Below, in pieces: positions 49,918-64,000 of a stretch of 64,000 nt of DNA (positions within the stretch are counted from its first letter, which is position 1; each line of letters begins with the position of its first letter). This stretch comes from the human T2T-CHM13v2.0 reference genome, Homo sapiens. The notes below the pieces were generated by a model. That model was given only the letters and a program-made list of their open reading frames with translations. It did not search any database and was not told the origin of the DNA. The stretch lies in the NCBI RefSeq assembly GCF_009914755.1, contig NC_060929.1. One strand, 5' to 3'. The position numbers and the translations under genes are program-made.

Positions 49918-52240
49918 TATATTTTCATAAAGAATATAATTATATTATTACTGGAAACAAAGCCTTATGCAGTGGACTTAATGCATTCTAAAGGAATACA
50001 TCTCCAGAGTTTCACACTCCTCAAATGAGAGAACTCCTTGATATAGTTATTTATTGTCTAGGGGCCTCTGTGTGTACTTTGAGCTCAGCTGAGAACCATT
50101 ACTACATGTTCTCAATTGATATCACAACAATCTTACACCGTGCTTACTATCATCTGCTTTTTAAGTTACATGCTACAGATTGGGGAGCACAGGCTACCCT
50201 AAACTACAGATGTCAGTTCTGCAAATGCCAATGATCTATTTAAATATAGATTCTAGAGGCGGTAGATGTTAGAGAAATCCAACAGTGAGTGTATCAACCA
50301 TCTGGTGTTTCTGTGATGTAACAAACGCAAGGTATCAGCTTGCATAGAAAAGCATGTGGAATCACGAACGCACAATGTCCGGCTCTTACGACTGACACTC
50401 AGGCTTTTCCTAAAGCCCTGGGCTCGATTTCGTGCATGGAACATGAGGAATGATTAATGAGCCAGCGCAAGAATTGCAGAAGGTTATAGAAACTGCCTGT
50501 ATTTAGTTTAATGATGAGATGGTTGACAACCAGCCTGGAAGAGACGTTCAGGAGTAAGAACGAGCGTCACTCTGAGGACGTGACCAGCTGCTTTCTGTCG
50601 TCAGTGGGCAGAAACGAGACATGAAGGAAATGGACTTAAACTGCATCATACGGTAATAATTTAGGATACAAAGAACTTCCTGAGGCTGGAATGGGTTACC
50701 ATAGGAAAAGATGGAATCTCCCTTCCTCAACGTCTTTAGAAATAAGTTCTGTCCAACGTTGCTAAGGCTAGGATGTTCCTCGGAACTCAAAGTTAGGAGA
50801 TCGAGGCCAGAAGTTCATGTCATTCCCGAAGCCTATTTGAATTTGTCAGTGGTGTTTTCTCCCATCCTTCCTCACCATCCCCGTAACCCACCCCTTCCTT
50901 TGTTTTTCACTTTTTTGTTTACAAACACTAACATTTATTCTTCTGGTGTATAGTTCTGTGAGTTTTCAAAAACACATACAATTATGTAACCACCACCACA
51001 ATCAATAGGGGAAATTTTGCCTCTGACTTTACATTACTTTTTATCCACCAATACTATTTTTCTTTCTCTCTGTGCACACATGGTAAGACTTAAAATTGGT
51101 AAGAGATCAGCACCAAATTGCCCTCTCCAACCGCATTTCTTCTGTAGGCAGAATAGAGGGGTGGGGGAGGGAGAGTGGGGGTGGAGGTAGATTTCATGCC
51201 CTCGTTTCCTGTAGTTAGACTCGGAGTAGTGAGGTGACCACAGCTGAGAGTGATGTGGGTGCATCTGCTCATTGTGTGCTCTGTGATAGAAAACAGTAAA
51301 CTGAACTGATGGTTGGGAAGGAATGTGGAGAGAACATGGAGAAGGAAATTGGGAGAGCCAGCACCCAAGTCCAGTAAGTTTACAGGAGAATTTCTTGGGC
51401 CGGCAGGGCAGAGACCCCCATGAAGAGTAGGCGAGCATGTCATCTAGAGGCCGTAAGGAGTTCCTCCTCCACAGCCTCCTCACCTCCGGAGCATGGCGGG
51501 CCCCACCTGGAATCGAGGGGAGGCTCCGGATGCTGGAATCAGTTGCTCACTGATGGAATTTCTAGAAGCCTGGCGTTCACACAATGAGGCACAGAGTGGG
51601 AAGGGATACAGTGTGGTGTCCAGAGAGGAGACGGCAGCCTGTCTGGTCAAAGACTGGGGCCCGGAGAGAGAGGAGAGCTGAGAAGTACTCATGACTTGTT
51701 GCCAGTGGCCTCCCTGTCCTGAGTAGGCCTGTTCAGCGTGTCCATTGCAGAGAGGGTACTGGCGAGCTGCAGCAGTAGAGGCGGAGAGAGCACTGGCTGA
51801 GGCCCGCTGGGAGACTCAGAGCCCCTGCACCTGGCACAGCAGGTGGGCCACTCACGAAGTCCCCATGTCTCCTGGAAGGATGAACAAGAATGTCCATTCA
51901 CACTGAGTGAACTCTATCAACAGACGTGCAAGACCCTGCAGGGACCCTGTTGTCTGTGCACATGTGGTCGAGGCAGAGGCTGTCCCCAAAACCAGGAGGG
52001 AGGGCTGCACCACAGCAAAGGCCAGAGGCCACAGAGGGGCCACCTGGCTGGAGAGCCTCACCCATGCCAGAGAATCCACACACCACCAGGAGCATGGTCT
52101 TCCTGCAAGGGGTCAGAGGCAGAGGAGGAAACAGCCTGTTGATGTGGGGAGGGGGCACTCTAGAGCTGGGCTTAGTTCTGATCTACCGGGTTTCATACCC
52201 AACTTTTAGAAGATGGAATTCACACTTGGTAGATGTGGTC

Positions 52241-52283
<43 letters not shown>

Positions 52284-52470
52284 TATATGTCCTATATATG
52301 TGTATGTGTGTATATACATATGTATACACATATGTGTGTATATATGTATACATATATTTGTATACATATGTGTATACATATATATGTATACATATATTTG
52401 TATACATATGTGTATACATATATATGTATATACACACATACATATATACACACACACACACATATGTGCA
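52241..52470. repeat. Compound (TA)n(CA)n microsatellite with TATGTG-type tandem array
   Basis: (AT)10, (AC)11, then alternating purine-pyrimidine sequence with an exact 40-bp duplication (52341-52380 / 52381-52420). Confidence 0.95.
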
Positions 52471-52567
52471 TGTCATCAGTTTCTGAGATCTGTTTCCTGG
52501 CTTGATTTTTTATGATACACCCTCAGAAACACATTGATATATTCACTGCCACTATAATTTAAGGGAA

Positions 52568-52619
52568 CTTTCTTTCTTTCCTTTTCTTTTCTTTTCTTTT
52601 CTTTTCTTTTCTTTTCTTT

Positions 52620-52664
<45 letters not shown>

Positions 52665-52770
52665 TCTCTCCCTTTCTTTCTTTTGCCTTTTTCTTTATTC
52701 ATTTGTTCATTCATTCTTTCTTTCTTTTCTTTCCCTCCCTCCCTCCCTCTGTCTCGTCCTCTCTCTCCTT
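52568..52770. repeat. (CTTTT)n-(CTTT)n and CT-rich tract
   Basis: Direct inspection. Confidence 0.92.
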
Positions 52771-53979
52771 CAGCAATCTCTCTTCTCTGTCTGAATGACT
52801 ACTTCTTGATTCTGTTATTTCCACATTTTATCTTCCCATCTTTTTTTACATTTCTAATCATGGCACATTTTCCAAGTTAAGGAAAATATATATATTTACG
52901 CACACAAATATACACACACACACGTATGTGAAACATATGCATGCATGCAATGCTATGTGTTGTATTATTTAATGAACTTCATTTTTAGTAGCAGAAAAGC
53001 AGATGAGTTGGACTTTTGAAGTCTTTTCTTGGAAAACACCATTTTTCTAGTGCCTTCTGTTGTTCACAATTACACACTGCATTCAACCACCAAGTTTTTG
53101 ACCTCTGCTCTGGATAAATCCCATAATCTGAAGTGGTTGAGAGCATGTGCCTGGCACCCTTTCGCTTCCTGGAATGCATACCCATGCCTTCGTGGCTGTT
53201 TGTGGCACACACCCATAGTGATGGAGAGCTCAGGAGCTCCACCGTGGAGCTCCTCCTGCCTGCCCCACCGTGTGGCCTGAGTCGCTCACTCACACGAGGA
53301 TTTCCTTGGGTCCAATGTGGTGGTTTTTGTGGGCTCAGCCTTGTCATTGTGGAATTCTGCTTTCTGAATTTCACAGAGGTGGATTTCTGCACAGTAGATG
53401 CTAAGACACCCGCCGCCCTCAGCCGGAATGGAATGTGTATCTTTGCAGCTGCTGGAAAAAGGACTCTGGTTTCAGTAGGTGAGCTGTGGAGGTGGGAGTT
53501 CCCAGATCAAGTTTTAGATTCCTTCAGGGCTTGGATGCGGAGAGAAAAGACGCCCTCCTGTCGGGGGCCAGCTGGCGTTTCCTAGGATGCCCAACTCATC
53601 CAGATGAATAGGGAATACGAGAAGGGAGAGAAGGAAGGATTAGTTTTGTGCAGAGTAAATGTTGATCTTTCCTCACCTGCTTTTCACAAGTCTTCGTCTC
53701 GCTGAAATATTTTTTTATTAAATTTTAATCAAAAGCACAAAAACAGATTGTTTATTATAGGAAAGACTGACCCGATTGTAAGCTTTCCTTGCTCTGCCAG
53801 GCTTACAGATGTCAGCAGCTCAACAATTGATAAGCGTGATTCCCCCAAGAGCCTGTGGCTGCAGGAGAGCCTGAGTCTGGAAAGGGGATTCATTGGAGAG
53901 GGTGAATGAATTTTGTCATTTGGACAAGGTGTTCTCCTCAGCAGCAGGTTCACTCTAGGAACCCCTGTTTGTTTGATGA

Positions 53980-54310
<331 letters not shown>

Positions 54311-55407
54311 CTCATTTTTAAATTTCGTATTCATGTTTGGCCTTTTCTGGATGGTCTTATGTAGTTGACCTACATTTTTTAGCGTAGATCTAATTAAAGA
54401 ACAGGATGCACTCTGGCCTCCAGGGATGTCACAGGATAAATGACTCATTCATTTTTTTGGGTAAAGCAAACATAACTCCCAATATGTGTGCATAAAATTT
54501 GCCTTCTAAGTGGATATTTAAGGAAACATTCCAAGCCGTGTGCTGGGGCTGTTATTCCATGTGAACAGTTTCTTCTCTGCCACCCATTTTCCGGGCATCA
54601 TTCTTATCCTGAGAGACACACTTGAATAGATGAGTGATTAAAGTCAACCAACATCCTAGCTTAAGAGTGGTTAGAAAATAATCATATAGATAAATACTTT
54701 CATTATCCTCTTATGAAGGACAAATGCCATTTTATCATAAAATTATTACCAAATATTTTTATTGAATTTACTTTGACAGGGGAATAATGTCCAACTCTCC
54801 TCAGAGTCCTTCAACCCTGAAAATGTCACTCTCCCAGGGGTTGTGGAAAGATCTCTAACCCCAGCTTTCTGCCTGGTCCTTCATGGAACCCATGTGTGAT
54901 GCTCCTTTCCAAAAGAGCATCACAAATTCAATAAAAATGAAAGATTCTGTGGGCAAGGGCCTAGAAGAAGGTAAGAAAGAAAATGATGAATGCTCTCAAA
55001 TGTCATTAATCTTCGTTACCTGGTGCCTGCTGATTTCCCAGCTCTGGGTTTGGGCACAGTGATAGTAAAGACCATTGTCTTTGCAGCCTCTGCTTCCTAG
55101 GCTCTGGATTTCCGGAGCATATTCTTTCTGCTTTTCAATAACTTTATGTTCATTACCAGGTGAGATATTTCCAAGGTCTATTAGATTGCTCTTTTTAATG
55201 CTGAGTGGTTGTTTTCATTTAAGAATGAAATAAAGTTGTTTTTTGCTTATGTTGAGAAGCACAGCAAGAGAGTCAGGAGGCTCTCTAGATATGCAAGAGG
55301 AGGCCTTTCTCAGCAACACGCTCTGTGGGCTCAAGTTCGGGTCTCTGCCAGTCACATGGACCACTGATGGGGCCTTCCTTCTCCACAGTGTTGCTGTGTT
55401 TTGAATC

Positions 55408-55582
55408 TGTGCTTCTCAAACTGTGGCACCCAGGCCAGTAGCATCAGTATCACCTGGAATTTGACATGCACGTTTATTCAGCCCCAAGCAAATCTGTTGA
55501 ATCAGAAACTCTGAGGACAGGTAGGGTCCAGCAAGCAAGTCGGGGACCCAAATGCACACATGCCAACGTGTGAGAGCCAGCG
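55408..55582. mobile_element. MER5A-like hAT-Charlie DNA transposon
   Basis: GTGCTTCTCAAACTGTGG...AGCATCAGTATCACCTGG...TGAATCAGAAACTCTG...GTGTGAGAGCCAGCG. Confidence 0.75.
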
Positions 55583-55597
55583 TTGCAGATCAGTAAT

Positions 55598-55984
55598 TGT
55601 TCCGGGCTGAGTTTCGCCTCCTCCCACCCTCCTGTGTTGACAGTCCTCATCCCCGATAACCCAGAATGTGACTGTATTTAGAAATAGGGTCTTTCAATAT
55701 GTGATTAAGTTCAAATGAAATCATATGGGCAAGCCCTAATTTTCTACGACAGGTGCCCTTATAAGAAGAAGAGATTAGGACACAGACAGATATTGGAGAA
55801 GGCCCTATGAAGTCACAGGGAGAAGATGGCTGTCTAGGAGCCAAGGAGAGGGGCCTCCAGAGTTCATATGCAACCAATCCTGCTGGCAGGACTTCCTGCC
55901 TCCGGCACTGTGAGGACAGGCAAACCTGCTGTTTAAGCCACCATCTGTGGCACCTTGTTATGGAAGCCCCAGCAAACTAATATA
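55598..55984 (+). mobile_element. MaLR solo LTR (MLT1B-like)
   Basis: CAGAATGTGACTGTATTTAGAAATAGGGTCTTT; ends TTGTTATGGAAGCCCCAGCAAACTAATATA. Confidence 0.85.
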
Positions 55985-56071
55985 GAAACAGAGATAATGA
56001 GAGTGACAACGTCACTAAAACAAGTGAATGCTGGCTAGTGGACTTTGAGATAGATCAAGACAAAGTGCCTA

Positions 56072-56418
<347 letters not shown>

Positions 56419-56809
56419 TTATCTGTCGTTATATTAGTCACCAAAGCCATTCCACATAGATTGCACATGTGCCTTTCTATATATACAAGTAATATCGAAC
56501 ACTGATTAGAGTAGCAGAAAGGGATGAAAATTTTCACAGGCGTCCATGTGTTTTGTGACTTTGAACGACCATGCGGACCACCACGGGGCCCCAATGCCAC
56601 CTGTCAGCAGCTCTGAGGATGCAGCCAGCAACAGGCAGGGAGCAGCTGCTGCCGAGCTGCACACACCCCCATCCTCAACTGCAAAGCTGAGTTTTGGGTC
56701 ATTTCAGACAAAGGAGAGTCTATGCTTCCATTAGACCTCATGCCCAGGCAGGCTCAGATGTAACGTCATCCTCTGTGTTCAAAATCTTTATATACATTAT
56801 CTATAGTAT

Positions 56810-56950
56810 GAACCTTACAATTTTGCAAGACAGATACTGATATCCGTATTACACAGAAAAATTCTGTCTTGGTGAAATTAAGTAGCTTTCCCAAGACCAC
56901 ATAGCAGGGAATTGTTAATTCTGAACTCCTATCTACACGTGTCTAACTCC
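56810..56950 (-). mobile_element. MIR fragment
   Basis: TATTACACAGAAAA...AATTAAGTAGCTTTCCCAAGACCACATAGC antisense MIR core. Confidence 0.55.
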
Positions 56951-59024
56951 CCACCAACCTCCTGCCTCTAGGATCCCCGTACAGCCTCAGTGCTTCTCCA
57001 CAATCTCATTCAAAACCCTCAACCTTTCCAACTGAGCCAGTGAAGTTTCCCCAGAGTCATACAACTTCCGAATTCTGATTCAGAATGTTTCAAGAACAAA
57101 TTCACCATTTAAAAAACAAACACATAGAAAGACACAGATTTTAATGTTTTAAAGAGTTCATTTTGGAAAACGCAGAGGGCCAGATATGACACTGTTAACT
57201 TAAAAGCTCATTTTTTGTCCCCAAAATGTATAGCTGTCAAATGAGTGAAATTCTATAACACTGTGCTTAGGAACCCTTTAAGGGAAAGCAAAATAAATTT
57301 ATAATTTTAATCGTTTTAATTACGATCTTACTTTTCTGATTTCTGCAGAAGGCTTTACTGCTAAACTTATCCAAAGGCAATTTGGATAATAAGACTTGAG
57401 ATTCATTGTTCACATGTTTGTAACTTTAATAGCCTAAAATAGTTGCTAAATTGCCCAAAAATGGGAAATGCTTTTAAGCTAAATGGCAGGAGAATGAAGT
57501 CAGGCCATTTACTCTCATGTTATCTTTTTCCTTCCGGACTCACTTCAAGATGTGTGGGCGGGGTAAATGCCAGGATATTTTACCTTTCAAATTCAGAGAT
57601 CTTTAGATAAAAGCCGCCCATATTTGGACTGGGTTTAGAGTGGAATTCTCAGCCTAACCCTCTGCCTGCTTTTTCAATCTGTGATAGGGAAGGTTCATTT
57701 CATTTTCTTTGTTCATGGCCACCAGCCTAGACTTCCCCATATTTCTAAGATATTATTTTACTTCCTCTGTAAACCTTTATAAAGTAAAGCAAACAAAAGC
57801 AAGCAAACAAACAAAACATACCACATTTATTTGGGATTATTTCTGTTCACTGAAAATCGCATCCAGAAGTGGCCACTCCACACAATCGAGGTGATTCAGG
57901 TCTCAAAAAGCCAGCAAATTCACGTGTGAAGGAATCTCCCGGTCTCAGTCCAGTGTCTGTCAGCACCTTTTCAGGCCACTCCATGAAGCTGGCAGGATGT
58001 GCGAACAATATCTGTTTGCTGCTGAATTCGTACTACGAAAGGGTCGGTCGATGGGGGGATTTCAAGTGGGCGCCAAGGCCCATCAGTCTTTCTCCGCTGT
58101 CAGTGATAAGAAGCCAACAGGAGAGCAACGGGACGAGGGGAAACACTTCCAGGGCTCACAGGAGTAGCCAACGGTCACCAAATTAACATCTGTTACGCTG
58201 TAGCTCTCTGGAGTATATTTGCAAGCATTCTGAAAATTAATTAAAACTAGCTTGTTTTCTATTTCTTGATGGTGAATAGAAAGGAAAAAAAAATGAAGTA
58301 ACTACATCTTAAAGCAGAATAAGCAAAAAGTTTTATTTGAGTTAAATTGGAAAAAACAGTCGTGGGCTCTTCAGTTGGCTCTACTATCTGCCGCCAGGGC
58401 TGCTCCGAACCACTCCACAAGTCAAAACGCGCTTTCACTCTGTCTCGGCATACTCTGCTTCCCTGTAACACAGGCGGTGGAAATTCCAGATCGGAAAGAT
58501 ACACGACCGTATTTCACTCCCATGCGGATTGCTATACACAAAGCCCTTTGCATTTGAGATTTGCATTATGCAGCCATCAAAATGCAATCTGCCACCCTGG
58601 CCATCTGACTCACGGACAGCTGCCTCTTGCCTCAATGGGCTCCTGCAGTCCTAGAAATTATTTCGGCAAGTGCTGCCCCTGGGCCTTCCAGGTGGCCTGA
58701 GAGAGGACCCACAGTCCTTGAGACAAGTGGCAACGACTGAAATGAAGATGCAGGCAGGCACACTTGCGCCAGGCCATCCAGAAGATCCTTTGACCACTGA
58801 CTCTCATTTCCAAATGAAGCACCATCTGGTGACCCACTCAATTCCACCTGTCACTGTAAAATTGACTTATATGGGAAAATGGGTTGTGATATGTAAGGTT
58901 TTACTTTAAAATCAACCAGGTCACGATGTGTGCATTGCATCAAGGGATATGTATATGTTAAAATCTTCAAAGAATATTCTCTTCCCTGATAACCTAGCTA
59001 CTGAGTCATAACTCAATGTCAGAG

Positions 59025-59125
59025 AGGCATTCCCCATATCTAACCTTAATTCTGCATGCTGTCATTTAAGCCCATTTCCTTTCGTTCTGCTTTAGTAAAA
59101 TGTAAGAACACTAGCTGGCCACAAT
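59025..59125 (-). mobile_element. L3/CR1 fragment
   Basis: TATCTAACCTTAATTCTGCATGCTGTCATTTAAGCCCATTTCCTTTCGTTCTG resembles the conserved L3 segment. Confidence 0.55.
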
Positions 59126-59150
59126 CCCATGCAGAAGGTTCACATTTTAA

Positions 59151-59506
59151 TTTTTTTTTTTTTTTTGACCAAGTCTTGCTCTGTCACCCAGGCTGGAGTG
59201 CAGTACCTTCTGGGTTCAAGCCATTCTCTATGGCTCACTGCAACCTCTACCTTCTGGGTTCAAGCCATTCTCTTTGGCTCACTGCAACCTCTACCTTCTG
59301 GGTTCAAGCCATTCTCTTGCCTCTCAACCTCCCAAGTAGCTGGGACTACAGGCACACGTCACCACGCCTGGCTAATTTTTGTATTTTTAGTAGAGATGGG
59401 GTTTCACCATGTTAGCCAAGATGGTCTCAATCTCCTGACCTCATGATCTGCCCGCCTTGGCCTCCCAAAGTGCTAGGATTACAGGCGTGAGCCACCGCAT
59501 CCGGCC
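59151..59506 (-). mobile_element. AluS (AluSc-like) containing an internal 44-bp tandem repeat
   Basis: Alu dimer with TSD CACATTTTAA / CACCTTTTAA; unit TACCTTCTGGGTTCAAGCCATTCTCT(A/T)TGGCTCACTGCAACCTC starts at 59204, 59248 and 59292. Confidence 0.95.
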
Positions 59507-61822
59507 CACCTTTTAAATATAGTTACTGAATCACTTTCCATTGTTTTTCTTCGTCATAAATAGCTCTAACCACTTTCATTCTTGCTCCAGGACTGGATCC
59601 TCATCATCTGAATTTATCTTCTGGAGGCCTCAGGGGCGTGTTCCCTATGTCAGGAGAGCTGTGTCAAAGGCAACCAACCTAGGGTATTTCTAACCAGCGA
59701 CCAGCAAACAGGTCTTAATCATTCGCATGGATAAGTCATTGAGTTGGAAACTTTAGAGAGAGTAAAAATAAAAAGAATTCACACTCTAACCAGAGTTCTT
59801 AACAGATTTCAGGGAAGAGGGTGTGTGGGCACGAGAGCCTGGGCCATTGAACCCTCTCATCTGCACAGAGGACTCCACCTGACTCCTCACCTGCCTGCCC
59901 TGGCCCAGGTGACAAGACAGCTGCTTTCTGCAATTGGCCGGGCACCCTAGCAGTGAACACCACCTTCCACAGTGCAGGCTGGACGTGCCCTGTGTCTCCG
60001 CTGTGCACCTGCTGTCAGCAAGAGGCCCACAAAGGCAAGCTTGCTGGACAGAAGACAGGAGAGCAGCCTCCTCCCCAGGGGAGAACTCCTGAAAGCGTGA
60101 GCAGAAACGCACTCCACCACCTGGGAGAGTCAACTGCAACGCAGGGTGTGCTGGGGACAGCCACTGTCCGTGAGAAGACAGGGAGGGCAGACAGTCTGTT
60201 AACAAAGACAGAGATCTTGTATATATGTAGACACACATACATATATACTGAGCCATGCCATGTTTAAATTATACTGCTGTTTTGTGCTTAATATTCATTT
60301 GTCACTTTCCATTCATTCATTCATCAGGTTGAGTATCTAATAAATAAGGATTTATTGTAGAATACATGTCACAACATAAAAAACAACTGAGCAAAATTCC
60401 AGAACTTTTGGATTTAGAATGAGGTAAGAAGGGTTGGAAATCCAAGATCAGAGAGAAGAAGATTGGAGCCAACCCTGAGGGAGAGGCCCAAAAAGACCCT
60501 CCGAGGTCCAGGACAGCCCTGCAGCTTGCCAAGCGGCACAGAGAAGCAAGAGGGACCCAGGCTGCAGCTGTGGAGGGTTCACCATTCACTACAACTGTCG
60601 GTAAGAATCCTAATTACTGCAGGAATAATCCAAGTAAAAATTCAATTTTCCCAAAGACAACTTGAAAACAAAAAATAATCCATTTACAAGTCTGAATGTG
60701 ATCGAATGTGTTGGGAACATGTCAGCATTCCCTTGCTTTCTGTGGTTTCTGCTGTCTCTGGCTATCTTGTAGTTTCAAAGACAAGCTGGAGATTTCCCAC
60801 AGTAAGAAAACAACCTGACCTGTATGTTTCTAGACTGCTCGACAAGTGAGAAAAGTTAATAGCCTCACGGGCAGGGCTCCATAGAATGGTTCTGAGAAAT
60901 GTTGCAGATAAAGTAACTCCTATTTGAGTGCACGTCCTTTCTAAAAATTGGGAGGGCATGCACTGAACCAGACATAACCCTGCGTTTGTCAGCGGCAGAC
61001 AGCAGTGGGATCTCGACTTATTATAGACTGAAGACACTGGAGCATCTCCAAGACACACTGAATAGGTAGGATTCCAGAACGAGGAGCTGACGGCTCCCAA
61101 CTCCCTCACATTATTCTTGTCTGATTGTAACTTATTCGTGTCCTTGAAATCTTAAAGTGAGGGAGATTTTTAAATAGTCTGTTTGGCCCTCTTGCTATAA
61201 AACTTCTCAAGTACTCATTAAGGTGCATGTGAAGACACATTAAACATATCATTATTACAAATTATTGTTGACAATCTACTTGTCATATGTTGAGCACCAT
61301 CCCTTCCAAAAAAATACAAACACCTGAGATAAAAATCTGTCTGCAAATGACTGGTGAGCAAATGTTCCCAGGGGAAACCAGACCTCATAAAGGAGTGAGG
61401 GAAACAGGGTTAGAAAGAAGAAACCAAGGAAGATGTGGCCTCAGTGCTTACCCAGGCGCTTGGTCCCAAGGGAGATTGGGATATTGACCATGTTCAAGGC
61501 TGAGGACTGGGTTTTTATGCCTGGGCAGGGTGGGATAAGGGGCTGTACAGCCAGGCACTTCAGCTGTCTTTAAAAAAGGGACTTTCATTGCCCAAGGGCA
61601 CCCCCAAGTCTTCGCCACACCACCATGGAAAGGATGCAGGTGCTGCTTTAGAAGCAAAAGCATCCCAAGTTTGGGAAAAGGGTCTCCCAGGAAGAGTCCA
61701 GAGAAGCTAATGGGGTCTTTGTGGAAGGCTGACGTGTCCTTTATTCCATATGTCATCATAATTTGGGAAGAGAATCCAAGGAAATTTGTGAATGTTTCGG
61801 AATTGATAACAAATATGTTGGT

Positions 61823-62305
61823 TGTTTCCGCTTCCGTGACTGCTATACCTATAACCACAACCTGAGTGGTTCTTAAGATGACAGAAATGGATTGTCTCTT
61901 CGTTCAGGAGGCTGAAAGCCCCAAATCCAGGTGTTGTCAGGGCTGTGCCCCTCCAAAGGCTCTAGGGAAGGATCTACTCCTTGTCCCCTCCAGTTCTTGG
62001 TGGCTGTTAATCATTCCTGGCTTGTGGTTGCATCAGTGCAGTCTTCAAGACTAATATCTCCAAAGCTCTCTGCCCTGTCTCCATATGGCCCTGTTTGTGA
62101 GTCTGGGCCAGGTCTCCTCTGTCCTCTCTCAGGACACATGTGATGGATTTATGGCCACCCAGATCATGCAGTCTAATCTTCCCATCTCAGAATCCTAACT
62201 TAATTACATCCACAAAACACCCCTTTTTTGCCATATAAAATAACATTCACAGATTCCAGGGTTTAGAAAAATGAGTATATTTGGGGGGCCGTTTTTCAGC
62301 CTATC
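61823..62305 (-). mobile_element. MaLR solo LTR (MLT1D-like)
   Basis: CCTCCAAAGGCTCTAGGGAAGGATC; ATCTTCCCATCTCAGAATCCTAACTTAATTACATC; AACATTCACAGATTCCAGGG; GGGGGGCCGTTTTTCAGCCTA. Confidence 0.82.
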
Positions 62306-63169
62306 GAGCTGGTCTCCCCACACTGTCAAGTAGAAATGGAGCAAGGCTGCCTGCCTCAAGAAGAAGGTAAAAAATATGTGTCCCTCACCCAGCATGTGGC
62401 CCCTGGTCAGGACCAGGAAGTTAGTCTCAACCACAAAGTTCAGCAGCTAGTTTTTCCTGTGAGCTGGTTCCTGCGGGGATGCCATCTGCCCAGCCTTTTC
62501 TTCCTCAATGTGACCTTCCCTTGGCTCAGGTAGACAGGAGCCTCCCAGACACAGGCAGGAATGTCACAGAGGCAATGTGTGGCTGGGAGGCATCCTCCCA
62601 GGCAGGAGCAGTGGGGCAGGGTCCCAGCATCAGAAAGAGCTGGAGTGGAGGGGAACCATCCTTTGTTAGGAAGAAGCTGAAAGAGGACAACACCGTATTT
62701 CAGGCCAGTTGAAATCCTGTTGGAAGTTAAAATTAAGGCTGATGGTTAAGAATAATAATCAGATATCCAAAAGAGAAATTTTTCCAGAACCAAGATCAAA
62801 GTGGTATGGGGGCCTGTCCCAGGCAGAACACACATCAGAAGGTGTGAGCATGTCACCATTTGCAGGAGGATAAATAAAGGAAAGATCCAGTGTGTGTCCC
62901 AATATAAAAGATGAAGATAAGACTCGTTCTTTTATTGCACCATTTGACATAATCTCCCTGAACTACTCAGCACAGTAATTGGCATATAATGTGAGCTCAA
63001 CAAACATCGTATATCATCCTCCAAGACTCAATGGACAAGCCTCTGGAAAGCATGTTCTAGGAGAATGACAAAACTGTGTATGAAATTATTTTACATCTTC
63101 TGAAAAAGCCAGATAGAGAGAAGAGAGAACAGGAGAGGAGGAGGGGAGGAATATCAGGGTACGAGGAGA

Positions 63170-64000
<831 letters not shown>

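Overview
This is eukaryotic, simian-primate (most likely human or ape) non-coding genomic DNA, as shown by AluS/AluJ/FLAM, L1PA/L1PB/L1MA, MaLR and ERV1 solo LTRs, Tigger3a, MER5A, MIR, L2 and an L3 fragment. I recognise no protein-coding gene, structural RNA gene, CpG island or CRISPR-like array. The longer ORFs in the track trace to decayed L1, Alu or simple repeats. Roughly half the window is interspersed or simple repeat; the rest is unique intergenic or intronic sequence. The best-supported oddities are retrotransposition structures: (i) an old L1MA-type element that keeps its 5'UTR and ORF1 but jumps from the ORF2 endonuclease domain to the terminal 3'UTR, with a nested MST LTR; (ii) a 5'-inverted (twin-primed) L1PB with a 13-bp TSD; (iii) an Alu whose right arm carries a 44-bp tandem array; (iv) an AT/CA quasi-palindrome with a perfect 40-bp duplication. 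Candidate exons and enhancers are listed at low confidence. I found no convincing novel biological system. Repeat subfamily names come from my recognition of consensus motifs and need Dfam/RepeatMasker confirmation; boundaries without TSD support are approximate.
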